Shown here: piece after piece, positions 38,000 through 51,212 of the stretch
How positions within the stretch are numbered: the first letter of the stretch is position 1
Layout of the letters: each line of letters begins with the position of its first letter
Assembly (NCBI GenBank): GCA_951406725.2
Contig: OX597821.1
Coordinates: 54,002,001-54,066,000 of the forward strand
DNA from: Octopus vulgaris
Lineage: Eukaryota
DNA: 64,000 nt
Reading direction: 5' to 3'
Translations under genes and position numbers: made by a program
The notes under the pieces: model-generated
The model's input: only the letters and a program-made list of their open reading frames with translations
Told to the model about the DNA's origin: nothing
Database searches by the model: none

Positions 38000-40620
38000 G
38001 GATAGAATTAAGTATATGCCCAAACTTAATCTTATCAAGGAAAATGGCCCCATTTTCTCTGAATGTAAAATCTTGTACAAGCAGGATCTTTCTTAGTTTA
38101 ATCAATAATTATTTCCTCCAAGCACATAGATTCAGGAAAATATTTAATATACACACCTTGAGGGTACGTTTAGATGTGCTCCAAGCAAAATAAAAATATT
38201 ATCAAGAAGGCAAAAATCTGGAATGGAAGCAGGCTGCTCATGCAGAGCTAACATCACATGCCAACCTAACTACCGTTGCAGTACAGAAACTAGTTTGTAT
38301 GAGATGGAGATGATATCAAAGAATTCAAATAGAGTGACAGACATACAAAAGATATGGAAGTGACAGGTCTCCTCAAAACCAGATTCAACTACCATGAGTT
38401 TTTGTTTGACATTCAAGAGAAGTGATATGTCACATCTCTAGCATGGCATATCAGGACAGTGAAGAAAGATGCCGTGGAGGATGTGGGGAAAATCCAAACA
38501 TTATTTTAACAGTAGTAGAAGATGCAAGCTTTTTTAACTGAGAAAAGTATTATACTAAAGAACTTTTTCCATCCAAGGAATCTCTTTGAATTGTAAGAGT
38601 GATTTTCCAATCCTGCCCTCATGTACACAGATTTGTCCTAACATACTCTCCAATTGCATCATGAATATAAACACTGGAGTACCTGCATCAGTTTTTCATT
38701 TCACAAAATATGAGGAGTTAATATAAGACTTGCTACACCCATCTGTGGCACATATACACGGATTCACACATTCACACATATATATGCACACATTTACACA
38801 TAATGATAAAACATTAATGGATATGTCATAGTCTGATCTTTTCAGTAGATATCTAAAGGAAATCATCTCAATTTCAACAAGGTTAGAAATGAGTCTGTAT
38901 GAAAAGAGAAATGATCAATGATGGGGAAAAAATGGGAAAAAGTAACTGCAATATAATGAATGATGTCAGATGAAAAATATGAAATGAAACAAACAAGGAG
39001 TTCACAACATATTGTCTTATGACCATAGCAATGGTATGAAGGTAGTAACTCATAGAGAAATATCACCTTGTAGCCTCCATCATGCTAAGAGACAAAATCA
39101 GCCATCCATTCTCTATAAAACCAAAAGGGGAAAGTGGAAGATTTGGGCAAAAAGGCAGAAGGGTAGTAGGAGGTCATAGCAAGTGAGTATAGATAATGAT
39201 TGTCATGGAGAAATGGAGAGGATAAATGGTAACTGAATGCCAGGTGGAAAGATATATATATAGGTAGATACGGATATGTAAGAAGTTATATATTAATGTT
39301 ACCATTGATACCATTTTCACTTTGTGCCAGCTTACCCTGCATTTTCCCTTGGTAAGATGGGTCTTCTCCAGCACACTGTTTTGGAACTTTCTCTTCTTCT
39401 TTTGTGAGGTTCAGCTGTGCAAATTCAGATTTCCTCATTTCTGTTCATATCTTTCTTTGATCTTTCTCATGTCTTTCTTTGATCTTTCTCATGTCTTTCT
39501 TTGATCTATTTACATTGTTTAGAACACGATTATCCAATTGTTATCCTTCATGTTTGCACCAGACCTGTCTTATTTTTTATTACATCCAAGTTTTCTTAAA
39601 GTTAGTTTTTATCTCAGTTCATTTGCACCATGTTATTCGTGAAATCTAACATTACACATTCAAAGGAACATACCTTCTCTCTTCCCATCACTCACAAATT
39701 CTGCACACTGAATATACATGTCCCACCACTATGAAATTTCACATGCTGTACACAAGCATCGTGCAATCTACTCTCTATTGTAAATCAGAAGCCTTTTATT
39801 GCCAGCAGAAAACATAACTCTGAACGTTTCCTCACTTTTTCATTTTCCAGGCTACTCAGCTTTCAGAACGTTCATTCCCACTGCTAATTAGATCAACTAG
39901 GTAAAAGAATTTGTCAACTTCTACTAATGAGCATGATTACTTTTTAAAAGAATTTATTTCATGTGGGCCTTTCCTGTTCACCACTCCTGCACCTCTGCTG
40001 TATATGAATTTCTCCACAAAATCCTTCTTTCCTGTGTTGCTTATGACGTAACTGCATTTTGTCACCTATAATTTGCTTTTACATTTTAAAGATTTTCTAC
40101 CAAATTCTTTTCTGTATATCAAGCATGGTAGCTGCTCAGAAAGTCAGCAGAGAATTGCATGACTTCTTAATTATAAGATTTTCTTCCATATTTGATATTT
40201 TTCCCAAATTCTTTAATATATTAATTGGCATGCAGTGGCTCCCATGCACAGCAAGTCTTCATCTTCTCTATTATAGCTTTTAAACTTCAACAGACAGGAA
40301 GAAATTGAGAAACAAGCCTTGATTGATGAATTCCTTACTGAACTCATTGCCAATTCTCACCTTACTGACAGCATTTTCGTAGTTGGCTTTCATGACTTTC
40401 ACAAAGCATTCATTTATCTATACTTTGTCTTTTTTCTTAGCAACCACCAGATTTCAGAGTTGTAACTAGCTCTGGCACATGTCCAAACTTCATCTCATTT
40501 AAGCTAATTTTCTTTCAAAACAGTTGTGCTGGAAGTTTTTCATAACTTGGTCAATTAATTGGCAATAACGATACTGTTCTGTCAGTAAATATAAACGATC
40601 CTTTCATGGAATACATGATC
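38000..40620. mobile_element. Highly decayed LINE (RTE-like) fragments, probably both orientations
   Basis: Minus remnant LVEVDKFFYLVDLISSG near 39875-39930 and VSKVRIGNEFSKEF near 40330-40370. The plus-strand part is weaker. Confidence 0.5.
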
Positions 40621-40843
40621 GAATCTGTCCTTTACTGGTGCATATCTGACTTCATCAAGGTTGTATAGATGCAGATGTGGCTGTGTGGTAAGAAGTTTGT
40701 TTCCCAGATACATGGTTTCAGGTTGTATCACACTATGTGGCATCATGGGTAAATGTCTCTATTTTAGCTCCAGACTGACCAAAGTCTTGTGAGTGGGTAT
40801 ATTAAATAAAAACTGAGAGGCTTGTCATATATGTATGTATTCA

Positions 40844-40874
<31 letters not shown>

Positions 40875-43779
40875 TTGTGCATGTGTGTGTTAGTGTACTC
40901 ATGCACTTGTGTGCACATGTAAATGTTACTGACTACTTATTCTGACATCATATGATAATTGCGATTGAGTGTCACCACCATGAAAGCAGCATCAGTCATT
41001 ACCAGTCTTCTGAGAAAGCATGTCTGGTTATGGGGAAATATTAATTTGCTTGGAAACAAGTGATGGCTGGTAATAGCAAGGGCATCTGGCCATAAAAGAG
41101 TCACAGCAACAATTTCCATACAACTCATGTAATTATAGAAAAGTGGATGATAAAACAATGTTGATGATGATGATTAGCAAATATCCTTAATGGTCTGGTT
41201 AATTTATCTGCCTTCATCTCCTCAATAGTTATTCCAACTACATAACCATCAATGTTAATAGTAGTTCCTCACTCTGCCACATATTCTCATCATTCAGCAA
41301 TCTTTCATACAATAAATATACTTCTGTCATTAAACCTTTTATGTTGTAAATAAATTTACAGCCATACATTTAATAAATACCTATTTAGTCTCATTGCCCA
41401 AATAGATTCTAAGTTTAAATTACAAGGTTATCTCTTCAGAAAAACTTCAGAAGTTTCACTGGTATTTATAAGCTTGTCAGCAGTGTTTACACCACTAAAT
41501 CTACGGAGAGAGAGACAAGCAGACAGAAACACAGTAGCTGATAGCTATTTATGGAATGTACAATGAAAAGCAGACACCAGTTTTAGTAAATTTACATATT
41601 TGTACAACTGTTGGAAACTCATCATATTAATTAACTGAAAAACTGAGACAGCAAATTAATTTCTGCATAATGAAGTTTAAGATTTCATGTTGTGTTTATA
41701 TTGAAGAGAATCTTTAACTGTTATGAAACTAACAACATGTAAATTAGTTTATCCATGTCTAAACTAAACCACATTTCCGTATAGCTACAAGCTATCATTT
41801 TCTAAATAGTATATCAGAGTTAATTGAAAATTGAAAATCAATAATAATAGTAAAGCTGGTCATCCTGTTATAAATACTCTACTGCTAAAAACTCATGAAA
41901 TATACTCCAGGATGTATTCCATCTGAATATTTTCTATTTATAAAGTATATAAATATATTTTAATGAACTAAATCATAGAGATTGTTTGTTTGTGGATAAG
42001 TTTGTTGATATATTTTCTTGTATACATGTAATAAATATTTGCTGAAACATTCTTTGTAAACAAACCCTGCAGTTAAACCTGAGTTATCTCAATGAAGAAC
42101 TGATTGGAAAACAAGTTCAACTAGTTTCACCGCTCATTGTCACCCCATCAGGAGTGTTTTAATTCCTCAGAGAGAGAGACAGACAGACAGATAGAGAGTA
42201 AGAGAGTGAGTGTGTATATCTTATAGTTACTTATTTAAAATGTAATGAGCAATTGATACTACTCTTCTTCACTCGTATATCAGTAAGTTCAAAACATATC
42301 AAATTAGTAAATTTGAAGAAAGTTAATTCAATTTCTTGATTTCCACTTTTAAAATGTCTGGCTTTTTATAAAACTAGACTAAATGTACATGTCTTTTTAT
42401 GTAGTTATGTAAGTATATTTTGCCCCACAAGCACACTATCTCCATACATTTTTTTTATATATAGCATCAGTGTCTACATCATTGTACACCTATGGCCTGA
42501 ATGAAACTCATTAAGATAGTATTCTACCTACAGCTAGATGTCTTTGCTTATTTCTCAAGAGAGACATTTTATTCCATGAATTTGTACATCAAACCACTAT
42601 ATTGCCAGATATTTTATTTATGCAATACTTATACATGCGTAGCTTATTTCCTTAGTCATATATATGCATATATATTCATCTAAATAAATTAACCATGAAA
42701 ATTAATTTTTTTTCCTTCATATATATATTTTTTTTTTTTTTGCTTTTTTTACTATTTTTAATATTTGAGATATTTTTATAATTGTCTCCCCTACTCTGGA
42801 AATCTTAAATAGAGAGGATAGTATTTTATTTAGTACTGGTATTCAATAAATAAGAATTATCTCCCCTACATGGGAAATCATAAGTAGAGGACATAACTTC
42901 AGTAGCCATGTTTAAATTGTGGAGTTGACTGGTGCTCATCAAAAAGATAAATCATGTTCATACTTTTCTTTAAAACTGTTAAATCTTATCAATTATTTAT
43001 AAAGTATAGTCTAATTGTAACGTCTTCATCTATGTTGTAAATTTATTTTATGATATTGAGACCTGCAGAGTGGCTATGTATCGTTGGATTACAGAAATAT
43101 TAATTTTTGCTTATCGATTTTCATATTGTAGATTCATATACATAGTCACAAAATGCGCATCATCATTTTTAATGTGTATTATTTAGCATAGAAATTTTTA
43201 GCACGATATTAATAATAAAGTCGTTTTAATATGTAGAAATTTTAAGTACAACGTTAATAATTATATATTTAAATTTATATAATAACTTACAGTATCAATT
43301 GAATTATTTTATGGAGGTTCTATCTCTTAATTATATATATATATATATAATACTGCTTTACACTGAGGAATGGTAAGATAGAATAGGAACATGAACTTAA
43401 ATACATTAGTGGATTACTGACCCGGTTTGGCACAGCCAGAGACTTGTTTTTCTCATCAGTCAGGTTGAAAAGGTCAAAATTTAGGTTAGTTTTAGGAACA
43501 CTAACACCATGTGGAAGAACATTTTGGGTGGGCTAGTAATTTGTTAGATGGTATCTGAGAAAGGCAGTTAAATTCTACTCTGATGAAGCAGCATCAGTAA
43601 TTAGCACCAAAATGCACATCAAGATGTAAAATTTGCAGTGTGCACTGACGTGCAGCAGAAACACATATTGGTACTGACAAAGGAAGATGTGAGTGACTGT
43701 ATAATAAAACCTGGATATGTAAATCTCTGTTCTCTTAATTTATTAATTTATCATAAATATATGTGTGTGTGTGTGTGTG

Positions 43780-44070
43780 TGGAGGTACATGGCCTAGTGG
43801 TTAGAGCAGTGGACTCGTGGTCACGGGATTGTGGGTTCGAATCTCAGACCGTGCGATGTGTGTTTATGACCAAAGCACCTAAGCTCCATGTGGCTCCGGC
43901 AGAATGTAATGGCAAACTTCTGCTGAATCTTTCACCACAACTTTCTCCCACTCTTTCCTCCTGCATCATGTAGGTCACCAGCGACCCATCCAGGTGGAGA
44001 ACTTATACACCAAGGAAAATGGGAAACCAGCCCTTATGAGCCAAGCATGGCTCGAGAAGGAACAAACAAG
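43780..44070 (+). mobile_element. SINE family C (tRNA-derived)
   Basis: GGAGGTACATGGCCTAGTGGTTAGAGCAGTGGACTCGTGGTCACGGGATTGTGGGTTCGAATC head. A second copy is at 51213-51518 (-). Confidence 0.88.
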
Positions 44071-44119
44071 ACATATATATATATACATATAATTTAAAAT
44101 TGAATAGAAGGTCTGAAAA

Positions 44120-44165
44120 CCACCTGATGAATGTCCTTAGAAGTGACAAGAAACAATTGTAGTGG
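44120..44165 (+). ncRNA. Type I hammerhead, near intact
   Basis: CCAC-CTGATGA-ATGTC-CTTAGAAGT-GACAA-GAAA-CAATTG-TA-GTGG, with an A/A mismatch at the base of stem II. It lies in a ~180-bp TA-flanked fragment. Confidence 0.75.
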
Positions 44166-44514
44166 ATAACTTAATTTTATTTAATTTATATAAAATTTTT
44201 TATGTATTGGATTAAGTCTTTCTTTGTATGATTTGCATAATAGTGGTTTTGTCTCTAATTAATATTATACATATATATATATATATACATATGCCTATTA
44301 GTCCTTTCTACTATAGGCATAAGGCCTGAAATTTGAGGTGAAGGGCTAGTTGATTACATCAGCCCCAGTGAGCAACTGGTTTTAATGAAAGTCAAAGTCA
44401 GCCTTGGTGGATTTTTAACTCAGAATGTAAAGACTGACAAATTACTGTTAAGCATCTTGTACAGCAGATTAACGATTTTGCTAGCTCACTACCTTATATA
44501 TCTATCTTTATATG

Positions 44515-44930
44515 TAGGAGGTGGTATCAAAATATTCCTGGACTAGTTCTGTAGCATGCCAACTGATAGCAGCTCATTGTTGCCTGTAGCAGTGAAAGCT
44601 AGCAGTGACCTTCATGAAGCAGTGTGCCAAATGATATAGCTGTGTTTACTTCACAAGTTGTGAAATTTATGTTTTTGTACTCATGTGTATGCTGTAGTCT
44701 GTGATTTTGTCATGGACAGGAACAAAGATCTAGTGTGAAATTTTGCGTTAAACTTGTGATGTCTGCTACAGAGACATTGAGCATGCTTTGGTAAGCTTAC
44801 AGTGATGAAGGAATGGGTTGTACGCAATGTTTTCAGTGGCAAGGGCACTTCAACCATAGAAGAACATCCCTGGAAGGTGATGAGCAATCTGGAAGACCTG
44901 TCATGAGCATAACCCCCAGAAATGTGATAT
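44515..44930 (+). mobile_element. Mariner 5' fragment (TIR plus HTH region)
   Basis: EQRSSVKFCVKL..SATETLSML..AYSDEGM...QCFQW..F...RTSLEGDEQSGRP. Confidence 0.85.
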
Positions 44931-44989
44931 TCGGATGAATAATAACAACATAGTTTTGGTCTCTGAGGACAACCCCAACAGAATCAAAT

Positions 44990-45382
44990 TTATGTCTAAT
45001 AATTCTAAGATTAAAAATTCTATATACCAATGTAAAATTTTTCAGGTACCGATGTCTATTTCTATATTGGTGCTTCCTCTTCCCAGTTAACTAAGAGACT
45101 TTCCAATCATTATTCTTCATTTAGGGATAGCAGTTAAATGCAATAGCACAGGGCTTAGTAAATTGGTTTGGTATCTTAAAGACAACAATAAGGATTTTAA
45201 ATTAGACTGGTTCATCCTGTCCATCTCTTTCCCTTATGACAAGGGTAAAGGATTTTGTAACATTTGTGACTCTGAACTCTTCCATATTCTCTTCTCTAAG
45301 AATCACCTGGTTAACACACTTATAGAGTGATCTTACAAATGTAAGCACTGGCAGAAACACACTTTTAGCTCATATAAGTGAT
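44990..45382 (+). pseudogene. Penelope-like GIY-YIG endonuclease remnant
   Basis: With two frameshifts: KNSIYQCKI..FYIGASSSQLTKRLSNHYSSFRD..STGLSKLVWYLKDNNKDFKLDWFIL..PYDKGKGFCNICDSE...LVNTLIE*SYKCKHWQK*. Confidence 0.85.
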
Positions 45383-45668
45383 TTATACCAGTCTGTATAG
45401 TTTGAACATTTAGTTCACCTTGCACTTTACTTCAATAGAGAAATCTACTTCTAAGCCTTTGAAAATTTTTTCAACCAGCATATCCCTTTATATTTCGCCT
45501 TTATGTGTTGTCTACTTATTATTTCTTTACCCCTTCTTTTTCTATGGTCTACCTTTGATGTCAGATCTACTAACGGTTATTTTTAAAAATACATAACAGC
45601 GTTCTGTTTATCATTTATGCAATCATCAAAATTGTTATAATGTCTTGTTGTTGAGATGGGTTCTCTTT

Positions 45669-45753
45669 CTTTTCTGATGAGAAGATTACATTATTTTACA
45701 CCGGTTATTCCTTTGGAATAAAAACCAATGTTGTCTTTGAAACATGTCGAAAG
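45669..45753 (+). ncRNA. Type I hammerhead in the 3' non-coding region of the PLE, intact core
   Basis: CTTTT-CTGATGA-GAAGATTACATT...AATGTTGTCTTT-GAAA-CATG-TC-GAAAG. Predicted cleavage after GUC at 45748. Confidence 0.82.
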
Positions 45754-46261
45754 TAAAAGAATTTTAATAACATCTGTGTTCAACTCCATTTATTTACTTA
45801 TATGTTCAATATATATGCAGCCATATGCATTTTGATAAGTGATTGTTGATAGTATTTTTGGAAATATACCCCCCCCCCCTACTATATAAGTGCTTGTTTT
45901 GATTTCCATTACAATTTTTGCTGTTGTAATTGCATCATAAATATTATATTCAGTTTCACAAATTCAGTATGGCACTAACAGTGCTAGACTTTTCAACCGA
46001 AACGAAATTGGTCTTGGACCAACCTAATTGCTGTTAATGGGAAAGAAATTTTAAACAGAATGGAAAATATATTTATATTTACAACATAAACAGTCAGCCA
46101 AAAAGTAAAATACGTCTATATTGAATATTTAGTCTCTGTGGACTTGAATATAATGAAGTAGCATGTTTAGGAAGTGGATAAATAGAATATCAGCTTCTAC
46201 CTTAAACATTTTAGTAATCATATTTCTATTTCAAATATTTTCTCTACATGTTTGATTATCT

Positions 46262-46880
46262 GCTATCTTTTACTTGTTTCAACCATTGAACTGTGGCCAT
46301 GCTAAGGTTTTAGTCAGATGGATCGATACCAGTAGTAATTTTTTAAGCATGGTACTTATTCTATCAGTCTCTTTTGTCAAACTGCTAAGTTACAGAAGGG
46401 TACACAAACCAACACTGGTTGCCATGCAGTAGTAGAGGAGATACAGAAACATAGGTATGGCTGTGTGATAAAAAAAACTTGATCCCCAACTGCATGCTCT
46501 CAGGTTCAATCCCACTGCATGGCTTCCTGGGCAAGTCTCTACTACAATAGTTTTGGGCTGACCAAAGCCTTACGAATGGATTTGGTAGAGGGAAAATGAA
46601 AAAACCTGCTGTGAGTACGCACACACACACACATATACATATGCATATATATAAGTGTATGTCTGTGTGTCTTTGTGTACCTCCCACCATCGCTTGACAA
46701 CCAGTGTTGGTGTGTTTATGCCCCCATAACATAGCAATTTGGCAAATGAGACCGATAGAATAAGTACCAGGCATAAAAGAAAATAAGTACTGCAGTTGAT
46801 TCATTTGACTAAAAATTATTCAAGACAGTGCCTCTGTATGGCTGCAGCCTAGTGACTGAAACAAGTAAAAGGCAAAAGAT
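46262..46880. mobile_element. Composite of family A SINEs (3' module -, full copy +)
   Basis: Matches to 5178-5602 in both orientations. Confidence 0.8.
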
Positions 46881-46938
46881 ACATATGTCTATATATATAT
46901 AACAACATAAACTCGCAAGGTACCGTACAAGTAAAAAT

Positions 46939-47044
46939 ATATAGGAAAGAGGGATTGAAAATGCAGAGGTCTTTTAAAGATGTTTACTGACTTAAATAAA
47001 CATCTTTAAAAGACCTCTGCATTTTCAAACCCTCTTTCCTATAT
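46939..47044. repeat. Hairpin with 48-bp arms and a 10-nt loop
   Basis: ATATAGGAAAGAGGGATTGAAAATGCAGAGGTCTTTTAAAGATGTTTA and its reverse complement, with one mismatch. Confidence 0.93.
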
Positions 47045-47608
47045 CATCATCATCATCATCATCATCATCGTTTAACGTCCGTTTTCCGCGCTAGCACGGG
47101 TTGGACGGTTTCGACCAGGGTCTGGGGAGCTAGGGACTGCCCCAGGCTCCAGTCTAGTCTGGCAGAGTTTCTACGGCTGGATGCCCTTCCTAACGCCAAC
47201 CACTCCGCGAGTGTAGTGGGTGTTTTTTACGTGCCACCTGCACAGGTGCCAGAGGGGTCTGGCATTGGCCACGTTCGGATGGTGCTTTTTTTATGTGGGG
47301 GGGGGGGGTGCAGAAATATAGGGGAGCACCAGTGGGGAGGGGTGGTTCAGAGAAATGATGACAGGTTCTAGGCAAGTAGAACGTAGGATATCAAGAGAGG
47401 GGTAATGCATGGTGAAATAGCATATTGAAGAGGGGGTTCGAAGAGTAGACACCTATTATGGTGGTGGGAGAAGCGACATCCGGTATGGATGGAGCAAAAA
47501 TATAGAGATATCCGGTATTGGTGGTGGGGGTGGGCAGGGCGGGTGCACCGCGAATACACGATGGTTGATGAATACACGAGAGGCGAGATGGGTAATGGAT
47601 ATATATAT

Positions 47609-47653
<45 letters not shown>

Positions 47654-47761
47654 TATATATATATAGATAGATAGATAGATAGATATGAATAAATAAAAAA
47701 TTTTTCATAATGAGATAAAAAAAAACCAAGTATGTGTAGATTTTAGAACATTTATAGATAG

Positions 47762-47809
47762 GTCTTACTGCTGTTTCCAGGATGTTTATTATATCCCTTC
47801 ATTGGAGAC
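47762..47809 (-). ncRNA. Decayed hammerhead-like motif
   Basis: Minus strand reads GTCT-CCAATGA-AGGGAT..ATCCTG-GAAA-CAGCAG-TA-AGAC. The stems are retained and the core is mutated. Confidence 0.55.
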
Positions 47810-48527
47810 AGTTTGAGAGGATGGTAAAGCAATAGTTACTTTATATAATATATATATGTATATATATATATGTATATATATGTATATGTGTATATATATA
47901 TATACACACTCACACACACACATATATATCTTTAATAATTAAGCGTACAAGCAAACAGTACCAGCATGCTGACACAGCAGTCAAACTGACCGAACCAGAA
48001 GTTATCACTAAACACAAAGGTGAAATCGGGCAAATGAATTAAAGACCTTAAGAAACCTATCCAGATAATGAAAAAATCGAAAATTGAAAGCCCTGGCTTT
48101 CAGTTTCCATTTACCAAGTTCATTCACATTGTAGAAGACACTTGCCCAAGGTTCCAAACAGCAGGACCGAGCCTGGAATCATTTGGTTGCGAAGCAAAGT
48201 TCTTACAACGCAGCCATGCCTGCACATGTGATGTTGAAAATAATGTGAAATATGTTTGTATTATTTTCTCTCTTTTATTTATTCCAGTTGTTAGACTGTA
48301 GGCATGTTGGGAGACCAGACTGAAGAATTTTAGTCAAACGAATCAACTCCAAGACTTTTTTTTTCTTTTTCGTAATGCCTGCTACATACTCTACCAGTCT
48401 CTTTAGCTGAACTGCTAAGTTATGGATATGTAAACACATCAACAATGGTTGTCAAGTTGTGGTACTGGTACTGGTGGTGGTGGTGGTGGGGAACAAATAC
48501 AGACATAAAGACACAGACAGACAGACA

Positions 48528-48563
<36 letters not shown>

Positions 48564-48568
<5 letters not shown>

Positions 48569-49433
48569 GGTGATATGGGTGAAGTGCCGCCATTTTATAT
48601 CTTCAATTTCTCACATGTGCATTGCTTGTTTTTGATTTTGTCGACTACACAGTATAGTAGGGACAGTTGGGCACTGTATTTGAGAAAAACAGCACCATGA
48701 CTCAATTCACTCAGAAATTTCGAAATTTCATGCTGTGCTGCTTGTCATTCGTACCAGAAGCTCAAATACAAACATTTCAATGTTGGGTGTAAATGTGCGT
48801 CCCCAAAACATGTAGTGAGAGTGATAAAAATCAAACATCCAGTCAACATCATGGTGTTTGGACAGATCACTAGTGATGGCGACATTATGCCTCCATTCAT
48901 CTTCCTACACGGCCTCACACTCAACATGGAGGCCTACATCAAGTGCCTAGAGGAGGTAGCACTGCCCTGGGTCAAAAGAGTGGCTGCTGGAAGATGCTAT
49001 ATCTGGCAACTGTACTCTGTACCAGGTCACAGAAGCAGAAGAACCCAGTCATGGCTGTCAGACAATTTCTGCGATCACATCATCCCTAGCATCTAGCCAT
49101 CTAACTCCCCAAACTGCAACCGCATTGATTATTATATGTGGGGCACAGTTGAGTGACAGACCAACAAATCTCCCTGTAATACCAAAGATAAACTGAAGGC
49201 AAAAGTTATGGCAGCATTTACTAACTTAAACATGGAGACCATCCAGAAGAGTTGGAGGAGATTGTAAAGTCATCTGGAGGCTACGGTTGAAGCCAACATC
49301 GATTTTGAATAAATTTACTCTTTAGATTTCAAGATATTTTTATGCAATTTTGGTAAATATATCTGTTAAAATGAGATGTTAGTGTTATTTTCATTTTTGT
49401 GTAATTTAGACAATTCATTCACTGCACTCTGTA
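48564..49433 (+). mobile_element. Tc1/mariner superfamily element, probably DD37D/maT-like, internally deleted
   Basis: KHPVNIMVFGQITSDGDIMPPFIF...YIWQLYSVPGH...PSNSPNCNRIDYYMWG. Ends CAGAGGGTG / CACTCTGTA. Confidence 0.85.
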
Positions 49434-50169
49434 TATACCACATACTTCTTTTTGTTTCTGTCAACCAAATTCACTTACAAGGCTTTGGTTGGCCTGAGAC
49501 TCTAATAGAAGACACCTGCTCAAGGTGCCACACAGTGCAACTGAATCTGGAACCATGTGGTTGGGAAGCAAACATCTTACCACACAGCTAAAACTGCACC
49601 TATAGTATTAAAATAACAAACATTTATTTCTACGTTTTGTCTATATTTAGTAAATAAGAAAACAAAATGATCTTACAAATAATTATGAAGAAATATTTTG
49701 TTTTAAATATAAACACATTAAAACACAATTTTGTATCAAAGAATCAGGGTCTATTTCAGACAAACTATATCAGAGAAGTAATCTCAGACAGTTTTGTATC
49801 AAAAATTTTGATCTTATCAGATTTCATTCCAGTGTCCTCTTTGTGATGGCTAAATATGACAGGCTTCTACACAAAGCGTAATTAAAATATTTTTATTTCA
49901 TGGTAGTTTAAAATGATAACTTAATAATAATTTGAATAATCTGCAATAGAATGACTGTTTGGAATTTTGACTAAAATTACAAACAACAGTGAATATGTTG
50001 AAGTCTGTTAATAGGTTCAGTAATCTGGCAGCACATCCTAGAAATGAATTTTAATCAAAAGAGCAAGGTAGATTTCTTTTAGTTTTGCCAGTTAATTCAT
50101 ATTTGTACATAAAAGTATACATACATACAAGCATGTGTGTTTTCTGTGAGGATTTGATAAGCAGTCCTG

Positions 50170-50785
50170 AGTTTTACAATTCTGTAAGTAATGATGATAA
50201 TATTTTATAAGGTTAAAGAATATAAGCGATCTCCATGTATTGACAAAAGAAAATAGCTTAATATTGGGGCATATAAACCCTCAATGGAAAAAAAGTGGGA
50301 TTTCTGTATGCATGCGGCTCAAACCCACACCTCTGTCTTCACGACAAGTGTGCTACCATTACACCAATGTACCCACTTGCTTCTTTCTGTCAGATTTAAG
50401 AACTATAATTTCATAGTGTTGTTTTTATAAACAAGTACATGCCCCAATATTAGTCTATTTTCTTTAGTCAATAGATGTTGATTGCTTATAAGCTTTAAGC
50501 TCATAAAATATTATTATTATTATTATTATTATTTACAGAATTATAAAACTTGGTAACAACATTACGAAATTATAGTCCTAAAATCTGAGAGGAAGAAGTA
50601 AGTAGGTACATTGGTGTAGTGGTTGCTCACTTGTCATGAAAACATTGAGCTGTAGGTACCAGCCCCACATGTACAGAAAACCCACTTTTTCTGTTAAGGG
50701 CTTATATGCCCCAATATTAGAATATTTTTTTAGTTAATATATGGTGATCACTTGTAAGTTTTAGGCTTATAAAATATCAATATAT
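50170..50785. repeat. Inverted and tandem arrangement of a 267-bp unit containing a tRNA-like module
   Basis: ATGCCCCAATATTAG recurs at 50439 and 50706 (+) and at ~50258-50272 (-). tRNA-like segments are at ~50605-50675 (+) and ~50305-50375 (-). Confidence 0.75.
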
Positions 50786-51212
50786 ACTTACATATATATG
50801 TCTGTGTGTGTGCATGTTTATGTATACTTACATATCTTCATCATTTAGCATCCATTTCCATGCTGGCATGAATTAGATGGTTTGACAGAGATGAGTAGGT
50901 CGGAGAGCTTCACAAGGCTCCAGTCTGTTTTGGCTTGATTTCAATAGCTGGATGCCCTTCCTAACACCAACCACTCCACAGAGTGTACCAGGTGCCCTTT
51001 ACATATCACTGGTATGGGGGCCTTTTGTGTGTTACCAGCACTGGCCACAACTATGATTTCTCTTAGTTTAACATTAGTCTTACTTGACATCATGTTCATA
51101 AGACTCAACATGCATAGATCATATTTCACCACCTCAACCTACGTCTTCCTAGGTCTACTTCTTTTAGAGGTTACTTCCACCATTAGAGATCAGTACTTCT
51201 TTATGCAGCTAT

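Noticed and set aside
43780-43855. Functional tRNA gene (also 31080-31152 and 51445-51518)
   Set aside because: These are SINE heads that continue into SINE bodies and have imperfect acceptor stems.
47295-47600. GC/CpG-rich segment as an exon or promoter
   Set aside because: No convincing ORF or splice signals, and it is sandwiched between repeats. It is most likely an unclassified repeat fragment.
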